NCBI GenBank assembly: GCA_047602405.1
Contig: JASGHJ010000001.1
Span: 608,001-672,000 of the forward strand
Origin: Anaeromyxobacteraceae bacterium
GTDB taxonomy: Bacteria; Myxococcota; Myxococcia; Myxococcales; Anaeromyxobacteraceae
Length of the DNA stretch: 64,000 bases
Reading direction: 5' to 3'
In this document: piece after piece, positions 9,410 through 19,554 of the stretch
Layout: each line of letters starts with the position of its first letter
Position numbering within the stretch: the stretch's first letter is position 1
Position numbers and translations under genes: made by a program
The notes under the pieces: model-generated
The model's database searches: none
What the model was told of the DNA's origin: nothing
What the model saw: the letters and a program-made list of their open reading frames with translations, nothing else

Positions 9410-12400
9410 ATGCACCGTTCACTCTCCGTCGCTCTCTCCGCCGCCCTCCTCGCCGGCTGCAGCGGCCTCGACCACACGAACCCGTTCGATCCCTCGACCC
9501 CAGCCTCGCAGCAGGCCCGGGCGACGCTCGTCGGCACCGTGACGAAGGAGGCCGGCGCCACCGCACCGGTCCTCTCGGGCGTGCGCGTCTCCATCCCGGG
9601 CTCGAGCCTCGGCGCGGACACCGACGCGGCCGGCCACTTCTCGATCTCCGACGTCCCCCCCGGCACCTACGCGCTGCAGGCCGTCGCGACCGGCTACGAC
9701 TCCGCCACCGTGACCGGCATCGCCGTGACCCTCGACGACGGCGACCGCGAGGTCGAGGTCCCCACCCTCTCCCTCGCCCTCTCCCGCGGCGCGGTCTCCG
9801 GCTTCGTCTCCGCCGAGGCGTTCGGCGCGGTGGACGCGATGATGCTCTCCGGCGCCCTCGTGAGCCTCGACGGCCTCCCCGGCGCCGCCACCACCGACGC
9901 GGCCGGCGGCTTCTTCCTCTCCGGCGTGCCCGCCGGCCAGTACACGCTGAGCGTGAAGCGCGTCGGCTTCGTCCAGGGCGGGAACCCCCTCTCCGTCACG
10001 GTCGCCGGGAACGCCGTCGCGACCCTCCCCAGCGTGCCGGTCGCCTGGGATCCGGGCGGCGTCTCGGGCTCGCTCCTCGTCCAGGGGGCCGCCACCTCGG
10101 GCGGCGTCACCGTGCGCGTGAAGGGGCTCACCCTCGTCGGCACGCCGTTCCAGGCCACGACCACGAGCGCGCCGGACGGCACCTGGGGGCTCGAGGGCGC
10201 GGTCCCCGCCGGCGACTACAACGTCACCTACGAGCTCACCGACTACGCGGTCGTCGCCGCGTCGACCACCGTGGCGCCCCACACCACCACGGCGCTCCCG
10301 GCGGTCACGCTCGTCCGGGACACCGGCAGCGTCACCGGCGTCGCCACGCTCCAGGGCACCGGCGACGCCTCCGGCATCCAGGTCACCCTCTCCCCGCAGG
10401 GCACCGCGACCGTGGCCGGCGCCGCGATCACCGACGGCGCCGGCGTCTGGGCCGTCAACGCGCTCCCGGTCGGCCTCTACGACGTCGCCTACCAGAAGAC
10501 CGGCTACCTGAAGCAGGCCGCCACCGTCCTCGTCCTCTCCAACCGGTCGGTCGCCGTCGCCGCCGCCTCGCTCCCGGTCATCCCGGGCGTGCTGCGCGGC
10601 CGCGTCCTCCTCGAGGGCGTCGCCGCCGGCGCGTGGCAGGGCACCACGGTCTCGATCGTCGGCGCGACCGGGCTCTCCACGACGACGGGCACCGACGGGA
10701 AGTGGGTCCTCTCCGGCGTCGGCTCCGGGGCGCTGCAGGTCGCGATCGACCACCCGGGCTTCGACGCGCAGACGATCCAGGTCGTCACCTCGCCCGGCGG
10801 CGACCTCACCCTCCTCGACGTCTCGCTGGCGGTCTCGCGCGGCGGCCTCGCCGGCACGGTCACGCTGCAGGGCGCCGCCTCCTCCGCGGGCGTGGTCGTC
10901 ACGGCCGCGGGTCCGGCGCGGCAGAGCACCGTCACCGACGCCACCGGCGCCTTCTCGCTCGCGGGCCTGCCCGTCGGGACGTACGCGGTCAGCGCCCGGC
11001 TCGACCCGGACTACGCGCCGCTCACCGTGGCCGGGCAGGTCGTGGCCGCCGGCGCGACCACGACGCTCTCGGGCTCGCCCCGCACGCTCTCGCTCCTCAC
11101 CACCGGGTCGATCGGCGGCACGGCCGCCGTCGAGCGCGGCTCGGCGGCCGGGATCGCGGTCGCGCTCTCCGGCGTGGACCGCAACGGCGCGCTCGTCACC
11201 CAGGGCGTGCAGACGGCGGCGGGCGGCGCCTACGCCCTGCCGTCGCTCCCGAACGGCTCCTACTCGCTCACCTTCACGAAGGCCGGCTACGACCCGGTCA
11301 CCTCGTCCGGCCTCACCGTGACGGGCGGCGCCGTGACCGCCCCCGCGGTCACGCTGCTCGCGGCGAAGGGCACGATCGCCGGCCAGGTCTCGCTCACGGC
11401 CGGCGCGGTGACGGGGTTCTCGGTCGGCTCCGACTTCTCCGGCGCGGTGGTGAGCCTCACCGGCGCCGATGTGCCGGTCCCGTCGGCCGTCACCGACCCT
11501 TCGGGCAACTACCGCTTCCCCGACGTGCCCGTCTCGCTCGCGGGGACCCCGTTCACCGTCACTGCCCGCAAGCCGAACTTCACGACCGCCTCCACGACGG
11601 TCACCGGCGTCGCGAACGCCACGGTCTCGGTGACCGCGCTCACGCTGCCCGTGAACGCGGGCTCGCTCGCCGGCACGGCGGTCCTCTGGGACGACGTCGG
11701 CAACGCCGGCCAGAACGCCACGAGCGCGGGCATCACGGTCCAGGTCTCCGGCGCGACCTTCAACGGCACCTCCTGGACGGTGACCCCGGCGCCCACCACC
11801 GCCGCGAACGGCGCCTGGAGCGTGCCGGCCATCCCGCCCGGCACCTACACCGTGACGCTCACGAGCGCGAGCCGCACCTGCGCCGCCGGCGGCTCGGCGA
11901 GCGTCACCGAGGGCGCCCCCGCCACGATCGCGGGCGCGGTCCGCTGCCAGGACGCGATCGCCCCCGGCACCGTGGTGCTCACCGCGCCGGCGCCCTACAC
12001 CACCTCGACCTCGGTCCCGGTCACGATCGCGAGCGCCGCCGCCGACGCGACCACCCCCTCCTCGAACTTCCGCGGCTACCAGCTCGCCGTCGGCGCGGCG
12101 CCGGACTGGAGCGCGGCGACGATCACCGCCGGCCAGCCCGGCGCGCTCACCTTCACCCTCCCGGCCGTGGACGGCGCCTACACGCTCTGGGCGCGCGCGG
12201 TCGACTGGATCGGCAACGCCGGCCCCGCCGCGAGCGCGGCGGTGACCCTCGACCGCGCCGCCCCCACCACCCCGACCCTGTCCACCCCGCGCGGCCAGGT
12301 GAACGACACCACCGCGGCGGTGACCGTGACCGGCTCCGAGGGCGACCCCGCCTTCCTGCAGTACGAGGCGTGCGTCGGCACCGCGGTCGGGGCCTGCCCG

Positions 12401-15007
12401 GCGAGCCCGTCGTGCTCGCCGCTCCTCGCCACCCCGAGCTCCTTCGCCGCGCCCCTCACCGCCGACAAGCGCAACTGCGTCTGGGCCCGCGCCCGCGACA
12501 AGGCCGGGAACACGAGCGGCGCGGCGGTGCTCGAGATCGTGAGCGACCTCACCCCGCCCACGCCGCCCACGGTCGTCCCGACCTTCGACCCGCTCGCCGT
12601 GGGGCTCCGGGCGACCTACGCCGACTTCTTCGTGACGGGCGGCCCGACCGACAAGCCCATGGGTGACCCGACCCCCTGGCTGAACGTGGCCTGGCTCGAG
12701 GTCGACTCCGGCGCCGGCTTCGTGCCGCTCTGCCCGGAGGCGGCCTGCCACCCGGCCAACACCTACCAGCCGTGCGCGGCGGCCTGCACGGCCGTCTGCA
12801 CCGACGCGCGGCGCGTCTGCGGCGGCACGGCGGGCAATGCGCCGTACGCGATCCGGGTCCCGCTCGCGGCCTCGTCCGCGAACGTGGTCTCGGTCCGCGC
12901 GGTGGACGTCGCCGGCAACGTGGGGAGCGCCTTCTCCCAGACGGTGAACACGCTGGGCCAGGGCGGCGTCCTCGCGAGCGGCGGGAACGCCTACCTCGAC
13001 AACGTCCGGATCAAGGGCTCGGTCGTCACCTGGTCCGGTGCGGGCGGGGTGTGGCTCACGGACCTGGGCCAGAACCTCAGGCCGGAAGCGACCGACCCCG
13101 CCTGCATCGTGGGCGCGGGCTCGGGCGGGGAGATCGGCGCCGAGCCCGCCAGCCAGTCGCTCGTCGTGCTCGTCGACGGGGCCACGAACTTCATCCGGGC
13201 CCGGCGGCGCGGCACCGGCCCCTGGTGCTCCGGGACCGACGCGACGACCTCCATCTACACGATCCCCGCCGGCTACACCGTGGGTGACGTGAGCGCAGCC
13301 GGCGAGCGCGCCGCGTTCATCCGCCGCACGAACGCCACCAGCACCTACGAGCTCCAGGTGATCGAGCCCGGCGCGAGCGGCCAGCTCGGCGTGGGCCCCG
13401 TCGCGGGGCCGTTCCTCGCGGCGACCTACGCCTCGCCGGCGCTCCCCCTGCAGATGCAGCTCGGCGGGAAGTACGCGATCACCTGGGTCTGGCTCGGCGG
13501 CTCGAACTACGCCTGGTACCTCGTCACCGCGAACGGCAGCGACTTCTCGGGCGGCGCCACCTCGCAGGCCCTCCCCGCCGGCACCTGGGGCGCGGCGGTC
13601 TCCGCCGACGGCTCGGAGATCGTCTACGCGGCGCAGTCCGGGATCAACGAGACCCTCACGGTGTGCAGGCCCGGCGCGGCCGGCGCGTACACGCCCGGCG
13701 GCGCGGGCTGCGTCACCCGCAGCTACCCGCTCGGCGCGATCAACACGACCGGCTCCCGCATCGCCATCGAGGGCACGCACGTGGTGGCGGTGGAGAACGG
13801 CTCGCCCGGCTACGTCACCGACTGGAACGCCGGCCCCGACGGCGTCTTCCAGGCGAGCGGGGGCGACGACACGCTCGTCCGCAACCTGCCCAGCACCGTG
13901 ACGCGGGCCTCGCCGTCGATCGGCTCGAACGGCCTCCTCGTGTACCGGAACGGCTACTCGCAGACCGACGGCACGCAGGACCTGCTCTGGCTCGACCTCT
14001 CGTCGCTGCGCTGGGAGGTGGCCGCCGCGGGCGAGCTGCGCTACCCGGTGGTCAACGGCGCGGGGGCGCTGTTCGCGGCGGACCTCGGCAGCAGCCGGCT
14101 CGTCTACCGGAGCGGCGACGGCAGGACCACCGCCGCGAGCACCGTCAACGGCTACTCGACGCCGGACTGGTCGTACGCCGCGGCCACGGGGAACGCGCTC
14201 GTCACGAACGACGCGTACGGGCTCTGGGTCTACCTCGCCGACCCGGGCGGCGGCTGGTTCGCCACCGTCCCGACGCCGACCAAGGTCTACACGGCCGGGG
14301 CCGGGAACAACACCTACTTCCTGACCGCGGGCGGCGGGAAGGCGCTCGCGCTCGAGCTCGTCTCGTCGACCTGGGTCCCGATCGTCCTCGAGCCCGGGGC
14401 CGGCACGCTCGCGACCGCCACCGCCGTGAACGTGCTCGCGGGAGCGGGCATCACCGCCTCCGGCTCGAACGCGGCCTTCGCCATCACGTCCCAGTACGCC
14501 TTCTTCAGCTGCGTCTCCTCGGGCACCCGCCTCTGCGTCCGCGAGGCGGGCGCGGACCACGTGTTCGGCACCGCCGACGACGCCGGCGGGACCGTCGTGC
14601 TGAAGCACGCGCCGAACGCGGCCATCGGCGTCGCGGGCACGCCGTTCGACGGCAGCGACGCCCAGGCCTGGGGCCGCAAGGTCGCCGTCACGTCCGGCGG
14701 ACACCTCTACGTGCTCGACGCGGGCCCCGACCTCCACTTCAACACCGCCGACGACGCCGAGGTGGATCTCGGCACGTTCAGCGGCGACCGGCGAGACTTC
14801 GCGCTCGCGGGCAACTTCGTCGCCTACCTCGCCGTCGGCGCGCCGGCCGGGAAGCAGGTGTTCCTCGTGGACCTCGTGACGAACAGCGGCCGCCAGCTCA
14901 CCGAGCACTACTCGGTGAAGCAGCAGGTGGTGGTGGAGCCGAGCGGCCGGGTGTTCTGGAAGGACGGCCTCTTCGCGAGCGCGGGGATCTTCACGCGGAC
15001 GCCGTGA
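9410..15007 (+). CDS. giant (1865 aa) surface lipoprotein with tandem carboxypeptidase-regulatory-like/Cna-B beta-sandwich repeats, Ig/FnIII-like domains and a probable C-terminal beta-propeller
   Basis: LLAGC lipobox then NPFDP; repeated TD..G.F....VP.G.Y.L....GY units; RAVDxxGN-type motifs; GPDG/GAD..F.T.DD motifs. Confidence 0.8.
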   Translation: MHRSLSVALSAALLAGCSGLDHTNPFDPSTPASQQARATLVGTVTKEAGATAPVLSGVRVSIPGSSLGADTDAAGHFSISDVPPGTYALQAVATGYDSATVTGIAVTLDDGDREVEVPTLSLALSRGAVSGFVSAEAFGAVDAMMLSGALVSLDGLPGAATTDAAGGFFLSGVPAGQYTLSVKRVGFVQGGNPLSVTVAGNAVATLPSVPVAWDPGGVSGSLLVQGAATSGGVTVRVKGLTLVGTPFQATTTSAPDGTWGLEGAVPAGDYNVTYELTDYAVVAASTTVAPHTTTALPAVTLVRDTGSVTGVATLQGTGDASGIQVTLSPQGTATVAGAAITDGAGVWAVNALPVGLYDVAYQKTGYLKQAATVLVLSNRSVAVAAASLPVIPGVLRGRVLLEGVAAGAWQGTTVSIVGATGLSTTTGTDGKWVLSGVGSGALQVAIDHPGFDAQTIQVVTSPGGDLTLLDVSLAVSRGGLAGTVTLQGAASSAGVVVTAAGPARQSTVTDATGAFSLAGLPVGTYAVSARLDPDYAPLTVAGQVVAAGATTTLSGSPRTLSLLTTGSIGGTAAVERGSAAGIAVALSGVDRNGALVTQGVQTAAGGAYALPSLPNGSYSLTFTKAGYDPVTSSGLTVTGGAVTAPAVTLLAAKGTIAGQVSLTAGAVTGFSVGSDFSGAVVSLTGADVPVPSAVTDPSGNYRFPDVPVSLAGTPFTVTARKPNFTTASTTVTGVANATVSVTALTLPVNAGSLAGTAVLWDDVGNAGQNATSAGITVQVSGATFNGTSWTVTPAPTTAANGAWSVPAIPPGTYTVTLTSASRTCAAGGSASVTEGAPATIAGAVRCQDAIAPGTVVLTAPAPYTTSTSVPVTIASAAADATTPSSNFRGYQLAVGAAPDWSAATITAGQPGALTFTLPAVDGAYTLWARAVDWIGNAGPAASAAVTLDRAAPTTPTLSTPRGQVNDTTAAVTVTGSEGDPAFLQYEACVGTAVGACPASPSCSPLLATPSSFAAPLTADKRNCVWARARDKAGNTSGAAVLEIVSDLTPPTPPTVVPTFDPLAVGLRATYADFFVTGGPTDKPMGDPTPWLNVAWLEVDSGAGFVPLCPEAACHPANTYQPCAAACTAVCTDARRVCGGTAGNAPYAIRVPLAASSANVVSVRAVDVAGNVGSAFSQTVNTLGQGGVLASGGNAYLDNVRIKGSVVTWSGAGGVWLTDLGQNLRPEATDPACIVGAGSGGEIGAEPASQSLVVLVDGATNFIRARRRGTGPWCSGTDATTSIYTIPAGYTVGDVSAAGERAAFIRRTNATSTYELQVIEPGASGQLGVGPVAGPFLAATYASPALPLQMQLGGKYAITWVWLGGSNYAWYLVTANGSDFSGGATSQALPAGTWGAAVSADGSEIVYAAQSGINETLTVCRPGAAGAYTPGGAGCVTRSYPLGAINTTGSRIAIEGTHVVAVENGSPGYVTDWNAGPDGVFQASGGDDTLVRNLPSTVTRASPSIGSNGLLVYRNGYSQTDGTQDLLWLDLSSLRWEVAAAGELRYPVVNGAGALFAADLGSSRLVYRSGDGRTTAASTVNGYSTPDWSYAAATGNALVTNDAYGLWVYLADPGGGWFATVPTPTKVYTAGAGNNTYFLTAGGGKALALELVSSTWVPIVLEPGAGTLATATAVNVLAGAGITASGSNAAFAITSQYAFFSCVSSGTRLCVREAGADHVFGTADDAGGTVVLKHAPNAAIGVAGTPFDGSDAQAWGRKVAVTSGGHLYVLDAGPDLHFNTADDAEVDLGTFSGDRRDFALAGNFVAYLAVGAPAGKQVFLVDLVTNSGRQLTEHYSVKQQVVVEPSGRVFWKDGLFASAGIFTRTP

Positions 15008-15016
15008 GGCGAGGGG

Positions 15017-15717
15017 TCACCGCCCCGTCGCGAGCGCGACGAGAGCGGCGACCGCCTCGTCGGGCACGGTGTGGCCGCCGTCGAACTCGAGGAAGCGCAC
15101 GGGCGCGAGGGTGCGCGACTCCGAGGGCGGGCAGACCTCGTCCCGGGCGCCATGCGCGAGGAGCACGCGCAGGCCCTTGCGGCGCGGGAGCTCGCCGCGC
15201 AGCCACATCCCGCACGGCGCGAACGCGGCGAGCGCGCCGATCCGCGGCTCCTCGACCGCGAGGTCCGCCGCGACGCCCGCGCCCTGCGAGAAGCCCGCCA
15301 CCGTCACCGGGAGCGGCGGCGTGCGCGCGAGCCACGGCGCGAGCGCGTCCCGGATCCGGGCGCGGCTCCGGGCTTGCTCGTCCGCGGTCCCGCCCCAGTG
15401 CTGCCCGGTCCGCGCGGCGTGGGGGCCCTCGAGCGAGATCACCGCGACGTCCGCGACAGCCCGGCCGCGCGGAGCCTGCGGGCGAGCTGCTCGCCCTGCC
15501 GGAGATCCCGGCCGAGCCCGTGCAGGTAGACGATGGCGGCGGAGGCCTCGGAGGGCCCCGGCCCGTCGACCGCCGCGAGGAGCGGCAGCGGCTCGGGGCG
15601 CTCCTTGCCGCCAGGGCGCGCGAGGACCCCGCCGACGATCGCGGCCGCGACGAGCACGGCGAGCGGGAGCCCGCGGCGCCAGCGGGACGGCGGCGGAGGT
15701 GAAGGAGTCCCGGTCAC
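15017..15717 (-). pseudogene. frameshifted phospholipase/carboxylesterase (alpha/beta hydrolase)
   Basis: N-part 15439..15717 (TM, VYLHG) and C-part 15017..15442 (GFSQG, AHGARDEV, FDGGH) are in different frames; adding one base near 15450-15460 joins them (LSADVAVISLEG). Confidence 0.7.
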
Positions 15718-15879
15718 TTGCCCGTGCGATTACCTCGCCGGCGGCTTAGTTCGCCAGGGCTCATCCCCGCGGTGGTGGACGCCGCCCCCGCAGGGACCTC
15801 ATCGATGAATGACCTCACGGATTCCGGGTTCACCCCTCGGGATGCCGCCTCTCCAGCCTCGAAGTCCCGGAGCCACCTC

Positions 15880-16419
15880 GTGTCGACCCTCCCCGTCCTC
15901 GCCGCGCTCGCCCTCCTCACCGCCGCCGATCCGCCGCGCCCGAAGCCGATCCAGGTCCCCGTCGTTCCGCCGCGCGCCGCCGACGTCGGCAGCATCGACG
16001 GCATGATCCGCGCCTGGTACGAGATCGTCTCGGGCCCCGCCGGCCAGCCGCGCGACTGGGGCCGCGACCGCACCCTCTACATCCCCGGCGTCCGGTTCGT
16101 GAGCGCCGTCGTGAAGGACGGGAAGCCCGCCGTCTCCGTGCGCGATCACCAGGCCTTCGTCGAGTACTCCGAGCCCTTCCTGCAGCAGGGCTTCTTCGAG
16201 AAGGAGATCCACCGCGTCACGACCCGGTACGGCACGATCGCGCACGTCTGGAGCACCTACGAGAGCCGCGCGAAGGAGGACGGGCCGGTCACCGAGCGCG
16301 GGATCAACTCGATCGAGCTCCACTGGGACGGCGCCCGCTGGTGGATCGCCGGCGCGCAGTGGTTCACCGAGTCGAAGGAGCACCCGATCCCGGCGGAGTT
16401 CCTGCCGGGCGGGAAGTGA
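15880..16419 (+). CDS. exported NTF2/SnoaL-like hypothetical protein
   Basis: Signal peptide; YEIVSGPAG, FFEKEI, IAHVWSTYE, RGINSIEL..DG.RWWI pattern; GGAG before GTG 15880. Confidence 0.7.
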   Translation: MSTLPVLAALALLTAADPPRPKPIQVPVVPPRAADVGSIDGMIRAWYEIVSGPAGQPRDWGRDRTLYIPGVRFVSAVVKDGKPAVSVRDHQAFVEYSEPFLQQGFFEKEIHRVTTRYGTIAHVWSTYESRAKEDGPVTERGINSIELHWDGARWWIAGAQWFTESKEHPIPAEFLPGGK

Positions 16420-16423
16420 GGAC

Positions 16424-18901
16424 CTAGTCCCTCGGCTTCCCCAGCTCCCGCCACCGCAACACCGCCGGCAGCACCACGAGCGCGGTCGCGAGGCAGGCGA
16501 CCTCGCCGAGCACGGCGAGCACGCCGAACGAGAACAGGGCCTGGTTGCGCGCCACGAGCAGGGACGCGTAGCCGAGGATCGTCGTGAGCGAGCAGAGCGC
16601 GACGGCGCCACCGGTCGTGCGCACGACCTCGGTGATGGAGCGGGCGTGATCGATGCGGCGCCGCGCGAAGATGTTGGTCGCGTAGTCGACGCCGATGCCG
16701 AAGGTGATCGGCAGGGCGATGAAGTTGAGCATGTTGAGCTTCAGGCCGAGCGCCCCGGCGAGGCCGAGGAACCAGGCCACCCCGAGCGCGAGCGCGGCGA
16801 GCACCCCGGCGGCGTCGGCGAGCGAGCGGCCGGCGGCGGTCCCGGCGCCGAACGCCACGACCACGAGCACGGCGACGCCCACGAGCGAGAGCAGGGTCGC
16901 ACGCGGGCCGTCCTGCTCGATGGCGTCGAGCACGTCGGCGAACACGAGCATCGAGGAGGCCACCGGCGCGTCGGCGGGGAGGTCGAGGCCGCGGAGCTCG
17001 GCCGCGAAGCGGCGCACGTCGTCGCCGTTCCAGACGTCGATCTTGCCCGACGGGTAGACGATGACCGGCGTCCCGACCCGCCCGTCGGACTCGGTGAGCT
17101 GCCGCTTCACGGAAGGCGGCAGGTCTGCGGCGCCGAAGGGGCGCAGGTCCGCGGGCGGGAGCACCGCCTTCACCATCAGCTGCCGGTCCGGCGGCAGGAA
17201 CGACAGGTGCTCCGGCGTCGCGAGCGCGCGGAGCTCCTGCACGAGGGGCAGCTTCGCCTCCTGGTCGTCCGGCACGACCGAGGCGATCGAGAGCACCGAC
17301 CCGAAGGTCGTGGCCGGGGTCGCGGCGACGTGGGCCTGCACGCGGGCGGCGAGCGCGCGGGCCTGCGCGACGTCGTGGCCGAGGATCACGGTGGGCGAGA
17401 GGTGCTCGCCGAAGAGCTCGTCGACCCGCTCGTCCCACCAGCCGGGGCCGCCCACCGCGAGGGCGGAGGCGTCGCGGAGCTTCCTGAAGTCGTGCTCGAT
17501 GGGGGCCCGCGCGAAGCGGGCGATCGCGACGCCGGCGGCGACGGTGAGCGCGAGCGCCACGAGCGCGGTGACGCGCGGCGCGCGGGCGACGAGCACCGAG
17601 ACGGCGTGCGTGAAGATCGGCCGCGAGGGGCGCTGGCCGTGGCGCGGGATCGGCGAGCGGGCCTCCCACGCGAGGACGAGCGGCGTGCCGACCGCGTAGG
17701 CGGCGACCCAGGAGAGCGCCATCCCGAGCCCGCCGATGAGGCCGAACTGGTTGAAGCCGCGGAAGTCGGTCGCGAGGAGCGAGCCGTACGCGACGCCGGC
17801 CGCGAGCGCGGCGGTGAGCGTCGCGAGCCAGGTGCCGTGCACCGCGACCCCCATCGCCTCGACCGGCGCCTTCCCGTGGCGGCGCTCCTCGAGGTAGCGC
17901 GCGAAGAAGATCAGCCCGACGTTGATGCCGTTGCCGATGACGATCGAGCCGAGGAACGCGGTGTTCGAGTTGAGGTGGCCGACGGCGAGCTCGGCGAGCC
18001 CGAAGGTGACGAACGTGCCCGCGAGGAGCGGCAGCCCCACCGCGAACACCGCCTTCCAGGTGCGGTTGTAGAGCGCGATGGCGAGCGCGACCGCGAGGAC
18101 CACGAGCGCCGTCGCCCAGACGAGGTCCTCGGCGAGCGCGTCGTGCTCGCGGACGTTCGAGGCGACGTAGCCGCCGTAGTCGACCTCGACGGCGGGGGCA
18201 CCCGGGGCGGCGGCGGCCTTCAGCGCCGCGACCTCGGCCTGCACGCGCGCCAGCAGCCCCTTCACCCGGGCGTAGTCGTCGGCGGGGCCGTTCATCCGCA
18301 CGACCATCGCGAGGATGGTCTGCTTCTCGCCGGGCTTCTTGCCGGAGACCTCGCCCGCCTGGTAGCCGGACGGGAAGCGCTGCGCGAGCGCCTCGCGGCC
18401 GGCGACGATCCGGCGGAGCACGGCCTCCACGTCGGGCGCGGCGCCCGGAGGCGGACGCCCCGCCCGCGCCGCCTCCTCCCACGCGATCCGGGCGCGCAGC
18501 GCGTCGCGCAGCGTGACGAGCTCGTCCTGCGTGGCGAAGAGCAGGAGCCTGGGCCGGAAGAAGTCGGTCGCCTCGTCGGTGCGGTAGTCCACCCACCGGA
18601 CGAGCTCCGTCGCCTGGTCCAGCCGCTCGGCGAGGTCGTCGGCGAAGAGCTGGAGCGACAGCAGGTCCGCGCCGGAGAGCACCACCGTGAGCTCGGCGTA
18701 CCCGCCGAACCGCCGCGCGACCTCCCGGGCGTCCACCGCGCCACGGCTCGTGCCGGGCAACAGCTCCGACATGTCGGGCCGGAGATCCCCGTACAGCCGC
18801 ACCGTGCCCCACAGGCCGAGCGCGGAGCAGAGGACCGCGAGGAGGAGCAGCGCCCGCCGGTGGCGGTCGGCGAAGCGGACCCAGCGCTCGGAGGGCGTCA
18901 C
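16424..18901 (-). CDS. MMPL/RND-family lipid transporter (HpnN/MmpL-like)
   Basis: Two TM blocks, IGNGINVG and FGIGVDY motifs; GTGA coupling to the upstream gene. Confidence 0.85.
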   Translation of the reverse strand: MTPSERWVRFADRHRRALLLLAVLCSALGLWGTVRLYGDLRPDMSELLPGTSRGAVDAREVARRFGGYAELTVVLSGADLLSLQLFADDLAERLDQATELVRWVDYRTDEATDFFRPRLLLFATQDELVTLRDALRARIAWEEAARAGRPPPGAAPDVEAVLRRIVAGREALAQRFPSGYQAGEVSGKKPGEKQTILAMVVRMNGPADDYARVKGLLARVQAEVAALKAAAAPGAPAVEVDYGGYVASNVREHDALAEDLVWATALVVLAVALAIALYNRTWKAVFAVGLPLLAGTFVTFGLAELAVGHLNSNTAFLGSIVIGNGINVGLIFFARYLEERRHGKAPVEAMGVAVHGTWLATLTAALAAGVAYGSLLATDFRGFNQFGLIGGLGMALSWVAAYAVGTPLVLAWEARSPIPRHGQRPSRPIFTHAVSVLVARAPRVTALVALALTVAAGVAIARFARAPIEHDFRKLRDASALAVGGPGWWDERVDELFGEHLSPTVILGHDVAQARALAARVQAHVAATPATTFGSVLSIASVVPDDQEAKLPLVQELRALATPEHLSFLPPDRQLMVKAVLPPADLRPFGAADLPPSVKRQLTESDGRVGTPVIVYPSGKIDVWNGDDVRRFAAELRGLDLPADAPVASSMLVFADVLDAIEQDGPRATLLSLVGVAVLVVVAFGAGTAAGRSLADAAGVLAALALGVAWFLGLAGALGLKLNMLNFIALPITFGIGVDYATNIFARRRIDHARSITEVVRTTGGAVALCSLTTILGYASLLVARNQALFSFGVLAVLGEVACLATALVVLPAVLRWRELGKPRD

Positions 18902-19554
18902 GGGTTCGGCATCCTCTCGAGCCGCGGACCCGCCGCGCCGAGCGCGAGGAACTCGAGCCCGTCGGCGCCGAGCGAGCCCGCGTTGGCGTAGCGGTCGCCC
19001 GGCACGAGGTGCTGGACGTGGACGTGGCCGAAGACGCCGAGGTCGAACGCGCCGCGCTCGACGACCGCGAGGCAGCGGCGGCGGAAGGTCCGCTCCATCG
19101 CGCCCTGCGCGAGCGTGCGCGCCGCCGCCTCGGCGAGCCAGGCCGCGCCGCGGACGACCGAGAGCCGGCCGAAGCGCCGCGAGATGCCGTCGCCGAGCCG
19201 GCCGATGGCGGAGGCGTTGACCGGGTCGGCGCGGTGGCCGTGCGCGACGAGCACCCGCCCCACGCCCGGCCACTCGAGCTCCACCTGCTCGTCGCCGTCC
19301 TCGGGGTCGTGGTTGCCGCGCGTGCGCGCGAGCCGGTGCTCCGCGTGGAGCGCCGCCATGGCCTCGACCACCGCCGGGTGCGCGGCCTCGCCCCGCCCCG
19401 GACCGGCGAAGAGCACGTCGAACACGTCGCCGTTCAGGATCACCCGCGCGCCCGCCGCGCCGGCGCGCTCGAGGAACGCGCGCGCGAGCCGGCCGTGCGC
19501 GGCCGGGCTCTCCGGGCCGAGGTGCCAGTCGGAGGCGATCCAGACCTCGCTCAC
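18898..19554 (-). CDS. calcineurin-like metallophosphoesterase (LpxH-like fold)
   Basis: SDWH, NGDVFD, GNHD, HGH, GHVH motifs; GTGA coupling. Confidence 0.85.
   Translation of the reverse strand: MSEVWIASDWHLGPESPAAHGRLARAFLERAGAAGARVILNGDVFDVLFAGPGRGEAAHPAVVEAMAALHAEHRLARTRGNHDPEDGDEQVELEWPGVGRVLVAHGHRADPVNASAIGRLGDGISRRFGRLSVVRGAAWLAEAAARTLAQGAMERTFRRRCLAVVERGAFDLGVFGHVHVQHLVPGDRYANAGSLGADGLEFLALGAAGPRLERMPNP

Noticed and set aside
9419..14908. Very long antisense and alternate-frame ORFs (e.g. 9419..14908 -, 22454..26404 +, 3655..6378 -, 57421..60255 +)
   Set aside because: Arg/Gly/Ala/Pro-rich shadows caused by stop-codon scarcity at high GC; they overlap genes with clear motifs.
15757..15771. 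GGGCTCATCCCCGCG, resembling half of a type I-E CRISPR repeat
   Set aside because: Single partial copy without the second arm of the palindrome; no array and no cas genes.
15823..15842. 14-bp match TCCGGGTTCACCCC also found at 44134
   Set aside because: Matches of this length are expected by chance in 64 kb of high-GC DNA.
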